NCBI GenBank assembly: GCA_030616605.1 | Contig: JAUWWY010000001.1 | Coordinates: 132,251 to 196,250, forward strand | DNA length: 64,000 nucleotides | Direction of reading: 5' to 3' | Origin: a bacterium | GTDB lineage: Bacteria; Patescibacteriota; Minisyncoccia; Minisyncoccales; CG1-02-41-26 | Shown: one piece after another, positions 49,551 to 58,393 of the stretch | How the letters are laid out: each line of letters opens with the position of its first letter | Numbering within the stretch: the stretch's first letter is position 1 | Notes under the pieces: model-generated | The model's database searches: none | What the model was told of the DNA's origin: nothing | Seen by the model: the letters and a program-made list of their open reading frames with translations, nothing else | Translations under genes and position numbers: made by a program

Positions 49551-51014
49551 ATGTTGAAAACCACAACCAAACAAAAAGAATATGTTTTTATGTGGAGTCA
49601 AACTCCAATAATGCCAAGTTCTTGGGGTACTGCTTTTTCTCTTAAAAAGGGACGTGATATTTATAGAAAAGGAGGAATTATTTTTAGTTATTATGACGGA
49701 AAAATAATTACAACTTACATACCAAAACAAGATTTGGAAATTCGAAAAAACATAGACAGCATAAAATACTTAAGTCCAAAATTTTTTAAAAAATATCAAT
49801 TGAGGTATAAAAAAGAAAAAGCTCAATGGTGGAATTGGATTAGAAAGATAGAGAGAAAAGATTATTCCAAAATTTCAATAAATCAACTAAAAAAAGACCA
49901 TTTGAAATTTCAAGAATACATGCGTGATGCTCTTGCTTATTTTGGGAGCACCAGGCCCGAATTTACTTATCAAGCAGAGCAGAAATTAGAAAAGATACTT
50001 AAAAAATATTTTAAAGACAACTGGGGAAATGTTTTTACTGTTTTAGTTGATTCATTAAAACTAGATAATGTTCAAAAAGAACATTTAGAAAGCTTAAAGT
50101 TATTAACTGCCAAAATTACAAAAGAAAAGCTTTTGATTCATACTTCTAAATTTCCTTGGCTTGTTTCTGATTATCTTGAAGAAAAAAAAGCTTTATCTTT
50201 TTTAAGAAAGATTTTTATCAAAGAAAAAGGGAGTTACAAAGAAGAAAAGAACAGATTAAAAAATGAAAAAAGAAAATTAAAACAAAAACAGGAAAAGATA
50301 TATAAAAAATTAAATGAAAAAGATGAAAAAGAAGCAAGATATTTAGCATCTTTTTTGCAAATACAGTCAGTAGAACGAATGAATATTAAATCTTATTGGG
50401 CAGGATGTTATTATTTAGCCAGAAATATGTGGTATAAAATTGCTGAAATCCTTGACTTAAAAGTAAGTGATATTTTAAAGTTTCTAACTCCATTAGAAAT
50501 TCAACAACTATTGAGTGGTAAATATAAAGAAGATATCAGCGAGCTTATCAAATTGCGCAAAAAATCCTATGCTATTAGTTATGAAGGAGGGGAAAAAGTA
50601 GAAATTTTTACTTATAAAGAAGCAGATAAATTATTTAAAGAAAGGATAAAAAAACCTTCTACTAGAGATAAAATAATTAAAGGACAATCCGCCTCCTTAG
50701 GAATTTATAAAGGAAAGGTTAGAAAAATAATAGTAGGTGATTTAGAGATATTACAAGATAGCATTAAGAAGTTTAAAAAGGGTGAGGTATTAGTAACTAG
50801 TATGACTCAACCTAATATGATGGTAATTGCCAGAAAAGCCGGGGCAATTGTCGCTGATGAGGGTGGGATTACGTCTCATGCAGCCATTATCTCCCGGGAA
50901 CTTAAAATTCCCTGTATTGTTGGCTGTTTAAAAACTATGCAAGTCCTCAATGACGGCGATTTAGTGGAAGTAGATGCAAATAAAGGAATTATTAAGATAT
51001 TAAAAAAGAAATAA
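49551..51014 (+). CDS. PEP-utilising enzyme mobile (swivel phosphohistidine) domain protein
   Basis: C-terminal GGITSHAAIISRELKIPCIVG. The roughly 380-aa N-terminal region is unassigned. Confidence 0.7.
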   Translation: MLKTTTKQKEYVFMWSQTPIMPSSWGTAFSLKKGRDIYRKGGIIFSYYDGKIITTYIPKQDLEIRKNIDSIKYLSPKFFKKYQLRYKKEKAQWWNWIRKIERKDYSKISINQLKKDHLKFQEYMRDALAYFGSTRPEFTYQAEQKLEKILKKYFKDNWGNVFTVLVDSLKLDNVQKEHLESLKLLTAKITKEKLLIHTSKFPWLVSDYLEEKKALSFLRKIFIKEKGSYKEEKNRLKNEKRKLKQKQEKIYKKLNEKDEKEARYLASFLQIQSVERMNIKSYWAGCYYLARNMWYKIAEILDLKVSDILKFLTPLEIQQLLSGKYKEDISELIKLRKKSYAISYEGGEKVEIFTYKEADKLFKERIKKPSTRDKIIKGQSASLGIYKGKVRKIIVGDLEILQDSIKKFKKGEVLVTSMTQPNMMVIARKAGAIVADEGGITSHAAIISRELKIPCIVGCLKTMQVLNDGDLVEVDANKGIIKILKKK

Positions 51015-51030
51015 GAAAAGCCCGAACATG

Positions 51031-51507
51031 TTAAATATTCGGGCTTTTAGTGTTAAGAGAAAGGACTCTTAGAAAAGAGTTGACAATTTCCCTTGCAACC
51101 TGCTGGAGTACTTTTGAGCATTCCTGGTAGGCGGCAAGGTCTTTTTTGAATGGATTGGGCACTCCACCTGCACCTTTGTTAGCAACAAGGATTTTTTCGA
51201 GCGGAATACCCAAGTATGTAAGGATATTGAGTTGTTCTTCCTCCATACACACTATTAAGTCATAATCTATAAGATTGAGGTCTCCAAACCAACGACTGCG
51301 GTGATTTCGGAGGTTAAGACCAAGCTCAACCATACAGGTTATTGAATGTTCATTTGCGGAATTGCCTTTTGTTTCCTGAAGAGTTCCAGCGCTTTCCACT
51401 TTAACACCCTGGATGCCTTTTTCTTGAAGTTCTTTTTTAAGTAAAACTTCAAGCATCGGGCTTCTACAGGTGTTTCCTTTACATAGACACAATAGGTTCT
51501 GGACCAT
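51031..51507 (-). CDS. low-molecular-weight protein-tyrosine phosphatase / ArsC-like
   Basis: CLCKGNTCRSP (CX5R-S) loop and a DP motif. Strong SD GAAAGGAGG. GC above background. Confidence 0.8.
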   Translation of the reverse strand: MVQNLLCLCKGNTCRSPMLEVLLKKELQEKGIQGVKVESAGTLQETKGNSANEHSITCMVELGLNLRNHRSRWFGDLNLIDYDLIVCMEEEQLNILTYLGIPLEKILVANKGAGGVPNPFKKDLAAYQECSKVLQQVAREIVNSFLRVLSLNTKSPNI

Positions 51508-51646
51508 TAGTGCCTCCTTTCAGCGGAATATATTTTTGTTAAGGAACTTGATACCTCAATTATAACATAATTATTCAGAAATGTCAATTAAGTTAAAATC
51601 TCAATAGTTTTCTTGACAAATCTTTTTAGAAACGCATAATAAAGAT

Positions 51647-51936
51647 GTTCTTTCAAAATTTAGCATTGAACTTGTTAGTTAGGCGTCGGACTTTCTTCCT
51701 CCGGCTAAAAGTGTGAGTGGGCCTACCTTTCTTCTACCAGCTAAAGAAAGGTCTCACAACTATCGCTCTCTGTACGCTCTCTGCGAAAATAAACGGCCAA
51801 TACAGGAGGGCCCTCTGTTCTGGACTCCTATGCGGTAAACCCCAGCTAACAGGCAATCTGAAAGCCTCCTGAGCGTGTAGCTAACAAGTTCACATTACTT
51901 CTATAGTCCACCTTTATATATTAAGGTGGACTTTTT
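51647..51936 (+). ncRNA. multi-copy structured RNA family, copy 3 (about 290 nt)
   Basis: Promoter TTGACA (51613)-N16-CATAAT (51635). Near-identical to copy 1 except at three variable sites. Terminator at 51905-51936. Confidence 0.7.
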
Positions 51937-52020
51937 CTATTGAACTGAAATTTGACAAATCTTTTATTATCTATTATAATCTTGGTAGAAATTCTTTAAT
52001 AACTTAATAAAAGGAAAATC

Positions 52021-52785
52021 ATGAATGAAACGATTGTAATGATTCATGGTATGTGGGGTGGCGGATGGTGCTGGGAGAACTACCGGAATTTTTTTGAGCA
52101 GAGAGGTTATCATTGTATTACTCCTACCTTACGTTTTCACGATATGGCTCCGAATGAAGTTCCTAATTCTCAATTAGGAACTTTCAGTCTATTGGATTAC
52201 GCCAAAGACCTTGAAAGAGAAATCCATGAACTTGACGTGACTCCTGTCCTAATGGGGCACTCCATGGGTGGACTTCTTGCCCAAATTCTTGCAAGTCGAG
52301 GATTAGGGAAAAGTCTTGTCCTCTTAAATCCATCAGTGCCCTATGGGATTATGGCTCTAAAACTTTCAGTGATAAGAAGTTTCTGGAGTATCCTTACAAA
52401 ATGGGGCTTTTGGAAAAAGCCAATGCGACAGACTTTTAAAGAAGCGGTTTATTCAATAATGCAGCTATTGACTGTCGAAGACCAAAAAGAGCTTTTTGAA
52501 AAATTCGTTTACGAGTCTGGTCGGGCAGGAGCTGAAATCGGGTTCTGGTTTCTTGATTCAAAAGCAGCAACAAAAGTTGATGAATTAAAAATTACCTGTC
52601 CTGTTTTGATTGTTGCTGGAAGCAAAGACAGGATTACTCCGGTAAAGGTTACCCGAAAAGTTGCGGATAAATATAGGTTTGTCTCAACTTACAGGGAATT
52701 TCCAAACCATGCCCATTGGCTCATTGAAGAACCAGACTGGCAGGAAATAGCAAGCTATATCTCTATTTGGTTGAATCGGGTGTAA
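52021..52785 (+). CDS. alpha/beta-fold hydrolase
   Basis: GHSMGG nucleophile elbow, with D and H near the C-terminus. Has its own TTGACA-N17-TATAAT promoter. Confidence 0.8.
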   Translation: MNETIVMIHGMWGGGWCWENYRNFFEQRGYHCITPTLRFHDMAPNEVPNSQLGTFSLLDYAKDLEREIHELDVTPVLMGHSMGGLLAQILASRGLGKSLVLLNPSVPYGIMALKLSVIRSFWSILTKWGFWKKPMRQTFKEAVYSIMQLLTVEDQKELFEKFVYESGRAGAEIGFWFLDSKAATKVDELKITCPVLIVAGSKDRITPVKVTRKVADKYRFVSTYREFPNHAHWLIEEPDWQEIASYISIWLNRV

Positions 52786-52799
52786 GGTGTAATTAAATA

Positions 52800-52827
52800 A
52801 AAAATCGCCAAAAAATTGGCGATTTTT
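52800..52827. terminator. T-P family hairpin copy 9 (terminator only)
   Basis: AAAAATCGCCAA-aaaa-TTGGCGATTTTT. Confidence 0.7.
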
Positions 52828-52870
52828 TATTTACCCTTGACAAGTTTTAATAAATGTGTATAATGAAGAT

Positions 52871-53095
52871 GTTCATTAAAATATATAGAACTTGTTAGCT
52901 GAGCGTCGGACTTTTTGGGTGTGAGCGGGTCTACCTTTCTACCTGGAAAAGGTCTCACATCATTATCTCTCTCGTTCTCTCCGATAAACAATAAAGACCA
53001 ATACAGAGGATTATTCCTGAAAGCCTACTGAGCGTTTAGCTGACAAGTTCTCATCATTGCTAAGTCCATCTGATATACAAAGATGGACTTTTTTT
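52871..53095 (+). ncRNA. multi-copy structured RNA family, copy 4 (about 225 nt, minimal form)
   Basis: Promoter TTGACA (52837)-N16-TATAAT (52859). Lacks the P2 hairpin and has a 14-nt P4 insert. Terminator AGTCCATCT..AGATGGACT at 53063-53095. Confidence 0.7.
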
Positions 53096-53147
53096 GTTGA
53101 AAGATTGATAAAAAATAAAAAAAGCGTTAAAGTGAAGAAAAAGTCAA

Positions 53148-53768
53148 ATGCCCCAAAAAAAATTAAGAAAAATTAAAGACGAATTTCTTGATTTAGTCTG
53201 GCAAGAATTTAAATTAGTTGAGAGTGTCAGTACTCTTAATCCCTTGGCAAGAAATAAAGTTCTTCAAGCCCTGGATTTCGCCCGAAAAGGACACTGGGGG
53301 CAGCTTCGCTATGAAGGAATACCCTATATTATTCATCCTATTAGAACAGCCCTTATTTTAATTGAAGAACTCAATATCAAAGAGCCAGATGTTTTATCGG
53401 CCGCTCTTTTACACGACATAGTTGAAGACACGACAATAACAATTGAGGAAATAAAAAATCAATTTGGCCCTAAAATTAGCCGTTTAGTTAAAGGTTTAAC
53501 TCGAATAAGACCAAAAAATGAAACTGAGAAAGAAAAAGAAAGAAACAAACTAAAATGGGTTCAAAAAATAGGCCGTTCTAATAAGAAAATCCGCTTGATT
53601 AAACTATGCGACATCCTTGATAATCATCGGTCTATGGGTTTTATTCCTAAAAATAATCCTTGTTTTAAGAAAATTCCTCGCTGGAAAAGAGAGCTTTGTC
53701 GCTATTTGCCAATCGCTAAAAAAACCAATCAAAAATTATTTCAACTTCTCGGCCAGTTTAAAAAGTAA
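53148..53768 (+). CDS. HD-domain (p)ppGpp hydrolase-like protein (RelA/SpoT hydrolase domain only)
   Basis: HWGQLRYEGIPYIIHPIRTA and AALLHDIVEDT. Confidence 0.75.
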   Translation: MPQKKLRKIKDEFLDLVWQEFKLVESVSTLNPLARNKVLQALDFARKGHWGQLRYEGIPYIIHPIRTALILIEELNIKEPDVLSAALLHDIVEDTTITIEEIKNQFGPKISRLVKGLTRIRPKNETEKEKERNKLKWVQKIGRSNKKIRLIKLCDILDNHRSMGFIPKNNPCFKKIPRWKRELCRYLPIAKKTNQKLFQLLGQFKK

Positions 53769-53777
53769 AATAAGGTA

Positions 53778-54209
53778 ATGAAAAATAATAATAAACCAGT
53801 ATTGTGCAGTGCTTGTTTGTTAGGGATAAATTGTAGATATAATGGAGAAAGCAAATCAAATGATAAGGTTATTGAATTAGCTAAAAAAGAGATTTTGATT
53901 CCTGTTTGCCCTGAACAATTGGGCGGTTTATCAACGCCGCGCGAACCCGCGGAACAACAAGGGGAAAGGGTTATAACAAAATCAGGCAGAGAGGTTACTG
54001 AAAATTTTCTAAGAGGAGCAGAACAAGTTTTAAAATTAGCAAAATTATTGAATATTAAAGAAGCAGTCTTAAAACAAAAAAGTCCATCCTGTGGCTGCGG
54101 AAAAATTTATGACGGAACTTTTTCTGATAGAATTATTAAAGGTGATGGAGTTACAACTGATTTATTAAAAAAGAATGGAATTAAGGTGGTAACAGAAGAA
54201 GATTTATAG
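53778..54209 (+). CDS. DUF523 / TudS-like (2-thiouracil desulfurase family) protein
   Basis: CSACLLGINCRYNG, PVCPEQLGG and SPSCG. Confidence 0.7.
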   Translation: MKNNNKPVLCSACLLGINCRYNGESKSNDKVIELAKKEILIPVCPEQLGGLSTPREPAEQQGERVITKSGREVTENFLRGAEQVLKLAKLLNIKEAVLKQKSPSCGCGKIYDGTFSDRIIKGDGVTTDLLKKNGIKVVTEEDL

Positions 54210-54212
54210 TAT

Positions 54213-54521
54213 ATGAAATATAATAAACTTGTTAGGGATAAAATTCCCAAAATTATTAAAGAAAAAGGAATTGTTCCTTTTACTCATATTGCCGACGATG
54301 AAGAGTATTGGCAGAAATTAAAAGAAAAACTTAAAGAAGAAGTTAATGAGTTTTTAGAAAACAGCAATGAAGATGAATTGGCCGATATTTTAGAGGTTGT
54401 TTATGCTATCCGTGATTTCAAGAAAATTGACAAAGAAAAGTTAGAAACTGTTAGAAAAAAGAAAGCTGAAAAAAGAGGCGGGTTTAAAGATAAAATAATC
54501 CTTGATGAAACAAACGTTTGA
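54213..54521 (+). CDS. MazG-superfamily house-cleaning NTP pyrophosphohydrolase (PRA-PH-like)
   Basis: YNKLVRDKIP, EEVNEF, ELADILEV and RGGF. Confidence 0.7.
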   Translation: MKYNKLVRDKIPKIIKEKGIVPFTHIADDEEYWQKLKEKLKEEVNEFLENSNEDELADILEVVYAIRDFKKIDKEKLETVRKKKAEKRGGFKDKIILDETNV

Positions 54522-54597
54522 AAATATCTAAAAATCTGCTAAAATAGTATCTTAGTTCTTTCAATTTTAGAACCTTAAAGAAGAAAGAGAGGTTAGA

Positions 54598-54996
54598 TTG
54601 AAAAAAAAAGTTAAATCTAAAAAAGGAAAGGGGCCTGGTTGGTTAGAAATTCAGAGAAAACTCAGAAAAGAAGTTCTCCCCAAAGAAAAAAAGACAGAGT
54701 GGATTGGCCAAATGCGAGAAGAGATGGTCAGAAGCGTTCTTGAAGAATTGAAGCAAAAAGGAGAAATTCATGATTTTGTAGGTACTGGAAAGTTGACTTT
54801 TGCTGATTTAATCAAAGGGGTGGATTTTATCTTTGTTTATGTGGAGGATGTTTATAAGACTATTTCTTTTTCAGTTACCGGTCCGAAATGGCTTGCCAAA
54901 CACCGAGCAGCTCATCCGGAAATTCCGACTATCTCGGTTCGTCTAAACGAAAGCAGCATATCCATAGAAAATAAAATCTTAGGCCTAAAAAAATAA
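54598..54996 (+). CDS. hypothetical basic protein (TTG start)
   Basis: ORF only. No motif recognised. Confidence 0.35.
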   Translation: MKKKVKSKKGKGPGWLEIQRKLRKEVLPKEKKTEWIGQMREEMVRSVLEELKQKGEIHDFVGTGKLTFADLIKGVDFIFVYVEDVYKTISFSVTGPKWLAKHRAAHPEIPTISVRLNESSISIENKILGLKK

Positions 54997-55042
54997 GGGC
55001 AGCAATTTAAAAAACATTTGCTGTCCTTTTTTTATTATATTG

Positions 55043-55720
55043 TTATTTTACAATTCGCCATTTAATATCTGATTCTTTGCCGGCAAATTCCAGCCATTCA
55101 CCATATTTATCAATAACATACCATTTCTTTCGGGTCTTTGACCAAACCATAGGCATATCGTCATAAAATGGCTTTTTAACCACTTCTTTTGGTTTTAATC
55201 TGTCAAGTTCCAACCATTTTTTAAAAACTGTTTCAATGGCATAATCTAAATCTCTTGATTTTGCCCATTGAGCAACGACATTAATTGCCTTTTCGGCTTT
55301 TTTAACAGAGCCAGCCAATTCTAAAAGCTGTTTTGCCGGCTTGGTAAATCTTGAATAAATAATTTTTCTCTTTTTGGCATTTTTTTTAAGTTCGTCTAAA
55401 CTTAAACCTTTGCTGTAAAAATAATAAGTAACAATCTGGCGGATAGCGGTTTCTTCTTTCAGTTCTTGATAATACTTAATCTTTCCTTTTTTAATATATT
55501 CTTCAATTTTTTTAGCAATACTTTTGCCTATGCCTGAAATTTTTTCAAGACCCTTAATACCTTCTTTTTTGTAAAGCTGAGAAACATCTTCTTTTAAATT
55601 TTCCAAAGCCAAAGCTGCTTTATGGTAAGCTCTTGGTTTATAAGCCACTCCTTTTATGTCTAAATATTCTTCTATCTCGTATAATAGCTTGGCAATTTTT
55701 TGATTAGTATAAGGATTCAT
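55043..55720 (-). CDS. helix-hairpin-helix protein related to the Pol X N-terminal (8-kDa/HhH) region
   Basis: NQKIAKLLYEIEEYL..AYKPRAYHKAA and ISGIGKSIAKKI. Start trimmed to MNPYTNQ so it does not overlap the upstream gene. Confidence 0.5.
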   Translation of the reverse strand: MNPYTNQKIAKLLYEIEEYLDIKGVAYKPRAYHKAALALENLKEDVSQLYKKEGIKGLEKISGIGKSIAKKIEEYIKKGKIKYYQELKEETAIRQIVTYYFYSKGLSLDELKKNAKKRKIIYSRFTKPAKQLLELAGSVKKAEKAINVVAQWAKSRDLDYAIETVFKKWLELDRLKPKEVVKKPFYDDMPMVWSKTRKKWYVIDKYGEWLEFAGKESDIKWRIVK

Positions 55721-55727
55721 AAAAATT

Positions 55728-56036
55728 TTAGTTTTTAAAAAAATTCTTAATCCTTTCTGCTTCTTTCCCAACAACTTCACCTTCATATTCTCCACTATGA
55801 GCAGGGACATTTTTGTAAATCGGTTTTTTTTGGTCAAGATGTAAATTGAGAAATATTTCTTTGGTTTCTTTATTCTCTTTCAGCCAAACATGAAATCTGG
55901 GAAAGGAAATTCCTTTAATCGCTCGGATAAAAGTCATTTCTTTGGTTTCTTTTTTTTCTCCCCAAAAATGATAACCAAGTTTTCGCATTAAATTTTGAAT
56001 ATTCTCTCTTGATATATTTTTAACAACAAATTTCAT
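55728..56036 (-). CDS. hypothetical protein
   Basis: 102 aa, 7 nt upstream of the next minus-strand gene. Confidence 0.4.
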   Translation of the reverse strand: MKFVVKNISRENIQNLMRKLGYHFWGEKKETKEMTFIRAIKGISFPRFHVWLKENKETKEIFLNLHLDQKKPIYKNVPAHSGEYEGEVVGKEAERIKNFFKN

Positions 56037-56080
56037 GATTACTAATTGAATCTTATCATAAATTAAGATAAAATTTAAGA

Positions 56081-56665
56081 ATGCGCAGGATTTTTATTGC
56101 TATAAATTTACCAGATAAAATTAAAACTGAGTTGGAAAATTTAGAAAAAGAAACTAATGATTTATTCCCTCAAGAACTAAGGGAAGAAATGATGCGCTGG
56201 CTTAAAAAAGAAAATATACACTTGACCTTGCTTTTTATCGGCTATGTTAAAGACGAAGAAATCCCTCAGGTTTGCCAAGTTGTAAAAAAAATAGCTCAAA
56301 CACAAAGACCCTTTTCTTTGAAATTTGAAAAACTATGTTATGGACCACCTAAGACAAGCCCGCCCCGCTTAATTTGGACAGATATAGAAAAAAAGCCGGA
56401 ATTGCTGGAAATTGCTAAAAAATTAAAAAAAGACATGGCTGAAGCTGGTATTTTGAAAAGAATTGAAAAAAGAGAATTTTCTCCCCACATCACTTTGGCA
56501 AGAATTAAAACCTGGTATTGGCGAAAAATTGAACCAGAAGAAAGACCGGAAATTGAAAAAGAAATTGATTTTAATTTTGAGGTCAAATCTATTGAAGTAA
56601 TGGAGAGTAAACTCAAAAGAACTGGTGCAGAATATAGCGTAGTAGAATCAATGACCCTCGGCTAA
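56081..56665 (+). CDS. thpR: RNA 2',3'-cyclic phosphodiesterase (2H family, ThpR/LigT)
   Basis: Two HxT motifs: HLTLLFIG and HITLAR. Confidence 0.85.
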   Translation: MRRIFIAINLPDKIKTELENLEKETNDLFPQELREEMMRWLKKENIHLTLLFIGYVKDEEIPQVCQVVKKIAQTQRPFSLKFEKLCYGPPKTSPPRLIWTDIEKKPELLEIAKKLKKDMAEAGILKRIEKREFSPHITLARIKTWYWRKIEPEERPEIEKEIDFNFEVKSIEVMESKLKRTGAEYSVVESMTLG

Positions 56666-56680
56666 TCACTCAATAGTTTT

Positions 56681-58024
56681 ATGAAAATTCACTTCATTGG
56701 TATTGGTGGCATTGGTGTTTCGGCACTTGCTCAATATTATTTAAAGAAGGGCCACAAAGTGAGTGGCTCTGATTTAATTTCCTCAGAAATTATTGATTTT
56801 TTAAAGAAAAAAGGGATTAAAATCTTTCTTGGCAAACATAAAGAAAAAAACATTGTCAAAGACGTAGATTTAGTTATTTACAGTCCGGCTGTTATTTCCA
56901 CTAATCCCGAGCTAAAGAAAGCCAAAAAATTAAAAATTAAAACCAAATCATATCCCCAAGCCCTCGGCCAGTTGACCAAAAAATACTTTACTATTGCTGT
57001 TTCCGGCACTCATGGCAAAAGCACAGTAACGGCAATGCTCAGTTTAATTTTAATTAAAGCCGGACTTGAGCCAACAGTGGTTTTGGGAACAAAACTCAAA
57101 GAATTTGGCCAGACTAATTTTCGAATGGGAAAAAGCAAATACTTGGTTATTGAAGCAGATGAATGGCAGGCTTCTTTTTTAAATTATTGGCCCAAGATTA
57201 TTGTTCTGACTAACGTTGAAAAAGAGCATTTAGATTATTATAAAAACTTAAACCAAATACTTAAAACTTATAAAGAATATATTTCTCATTTGCCTAAAAA
57301 TGGAGCATTAGTAATAAACAAAGACGATAAGAATAGCTCAAAGCTCAAAATTCAAAGCTCAAAGCTACAGCTCAAAACTCAAAGCTATAGTTTAAAACAA
57401 AAAGAAGTAGAAAATCTGAAAAAGATTTTAAAAATTCCAGGAGAGCATAATGTTTTAAATGCTCTTGCAGCTCTAACTCTGGCTCGGGTTTTAAAAATTC
57501 CTGACAAAATTAGCTTTAAAGCTTTATCAGAATATAAAGGTGCCTGGCGAAGGTTTGAAATTATAAAAGCAGAAAAGATAACGATCATCTCTGATTATGG
57601 ACATCACCCAACAGAGATTTTAGCAACCCTGAAAGGAGCTCGGGAAAAATTTAAAATAAAAAAAATCTGGCTTATTTTCCAGCCCCATCAATATCAAAGA
57701 ACATCCTATCTTTTTAATGATTTTGTTAATGTTCTTAGGCAAGTTAAGAACAAAAATTTTGTTAATAATCTAATAGTTACTGATATTTTTGATGTTGTTG
57801 GCAGAGAAAAGAAAAAGATAAAAGAACGAGTTAACTCCAAAAAATTGGTAGAGAAGATAAATATCCCTTCAATAGTTTATTTGGCAAAAGATGAAATAAT
57901 AAATTATCTAAAAAAGAATTTAAGGGGCAAAGAAGTAGTAATATTTATGGGGGCAGGGGATATCTATAAATTGGTTGAAAAGTTTTCCACAGGTTCAGTT
58001 GACTTGACTCAAAAATGTTTTTAA
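56681..58024 (+). CDS. murC: UDP-N-acetylmuramate--L-alanine ligase
   Basis: IHFIGIGGIGVSALA and GTHGKSTVTAM. Contains a low-complexity insert SSKLKIQSSKLQLKTQS. Confidence 0.9.
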   Translation: MKIHFIGIGGIGVSALAQYYLKKGHKVSGSDLISSEIIDFLKKKGIKIFLGKHKEKNIVKDVDLVIYSPAVISTNPELKKAKKLKIKTKSYPQALGQLTKKYFTIAVSGTHGKSTVTAMLSLILIKAGLEPTVVLGTKLKEFGQTNFRMGKSKYLVIEADEWQASFLNYWPKIIVLTNVEKEHLDYYKNLNQILKTYKEYISHLPKNGALVINKDDKNSSKLKIQSSKLQLKTQSYSLKQKEVENLKKILKIPGEHNVLNALAALTLARVLKIPDKISFKALSEYKGAWRRFEIIKAEKITIISDYGHHPTEILATLKGAREKFKIKKIWLIFQPHQYQRTSYLFNDFVNVLRQVKNKNFVNNLIVTDIFDVVGREKKKIKERVNSKKLVEKINIPSIVYLAKDEIINYLKKNLRGKEVVIFMGAGDIYKLVEKFSTGSVDLTQKCF

Positions 58025-58138
58025 AATAGATCAAAGGTTAAAGTACAAAAAGTCGTTCTAAAAATAAAAGGTGGTATATCTTTTTTACTTCTTTTTTAAG
58101 AAAAAAAGTAAAAAGATTTATACTTCCAAAGGTCAAAT

Positions 58139-58276
58139 ATGACAACTCTTTATTATTGGATAATTTTGGTTGTTGTGGTAGTAGTTGGTCTTATTATTTG
58201 GTATTTAAAATCAAAGAAGACTGGAGAGAAAAAAGAAGAAAAACCTCAAGCTCCGCCAGAAGGCCCGCAAGTATAA
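58139..58276 (+). CDS. 45-aa single-TM protein (not in the ORF track)
   Basis: MTTLYYWIILVVVVVVGLIIWYLKSKK... Followed by the terminator ACAGGAG.CACTT..AAGTG.CTCCTGT plus T7. Confidence 0.3.
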   Translation: MTTLYYWIILVVVVVVGLIIWYLKSKKTGEKKEEKPQAPPEGPQV

Positions 58277-58393
58277 CTGTCTTGGAATTTAAAAACATTC
58301 CTAAAGAAACTTAGACAGGAGACACTTCAATAAAGTGGCTCCTGTTTTTTTAGGGTTGCTATTTTTCTTTAAACTTATTAAAATTGATTTAAT

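Noticed and set aside
57330-57395. CAAAGCTCAAA-type repeats inside murC
   Set aside because: It is an in-frame low-complexity insert (SSKLKIQSSKLQLKTQS) between Mur ligase domains, most likely a slippage product.
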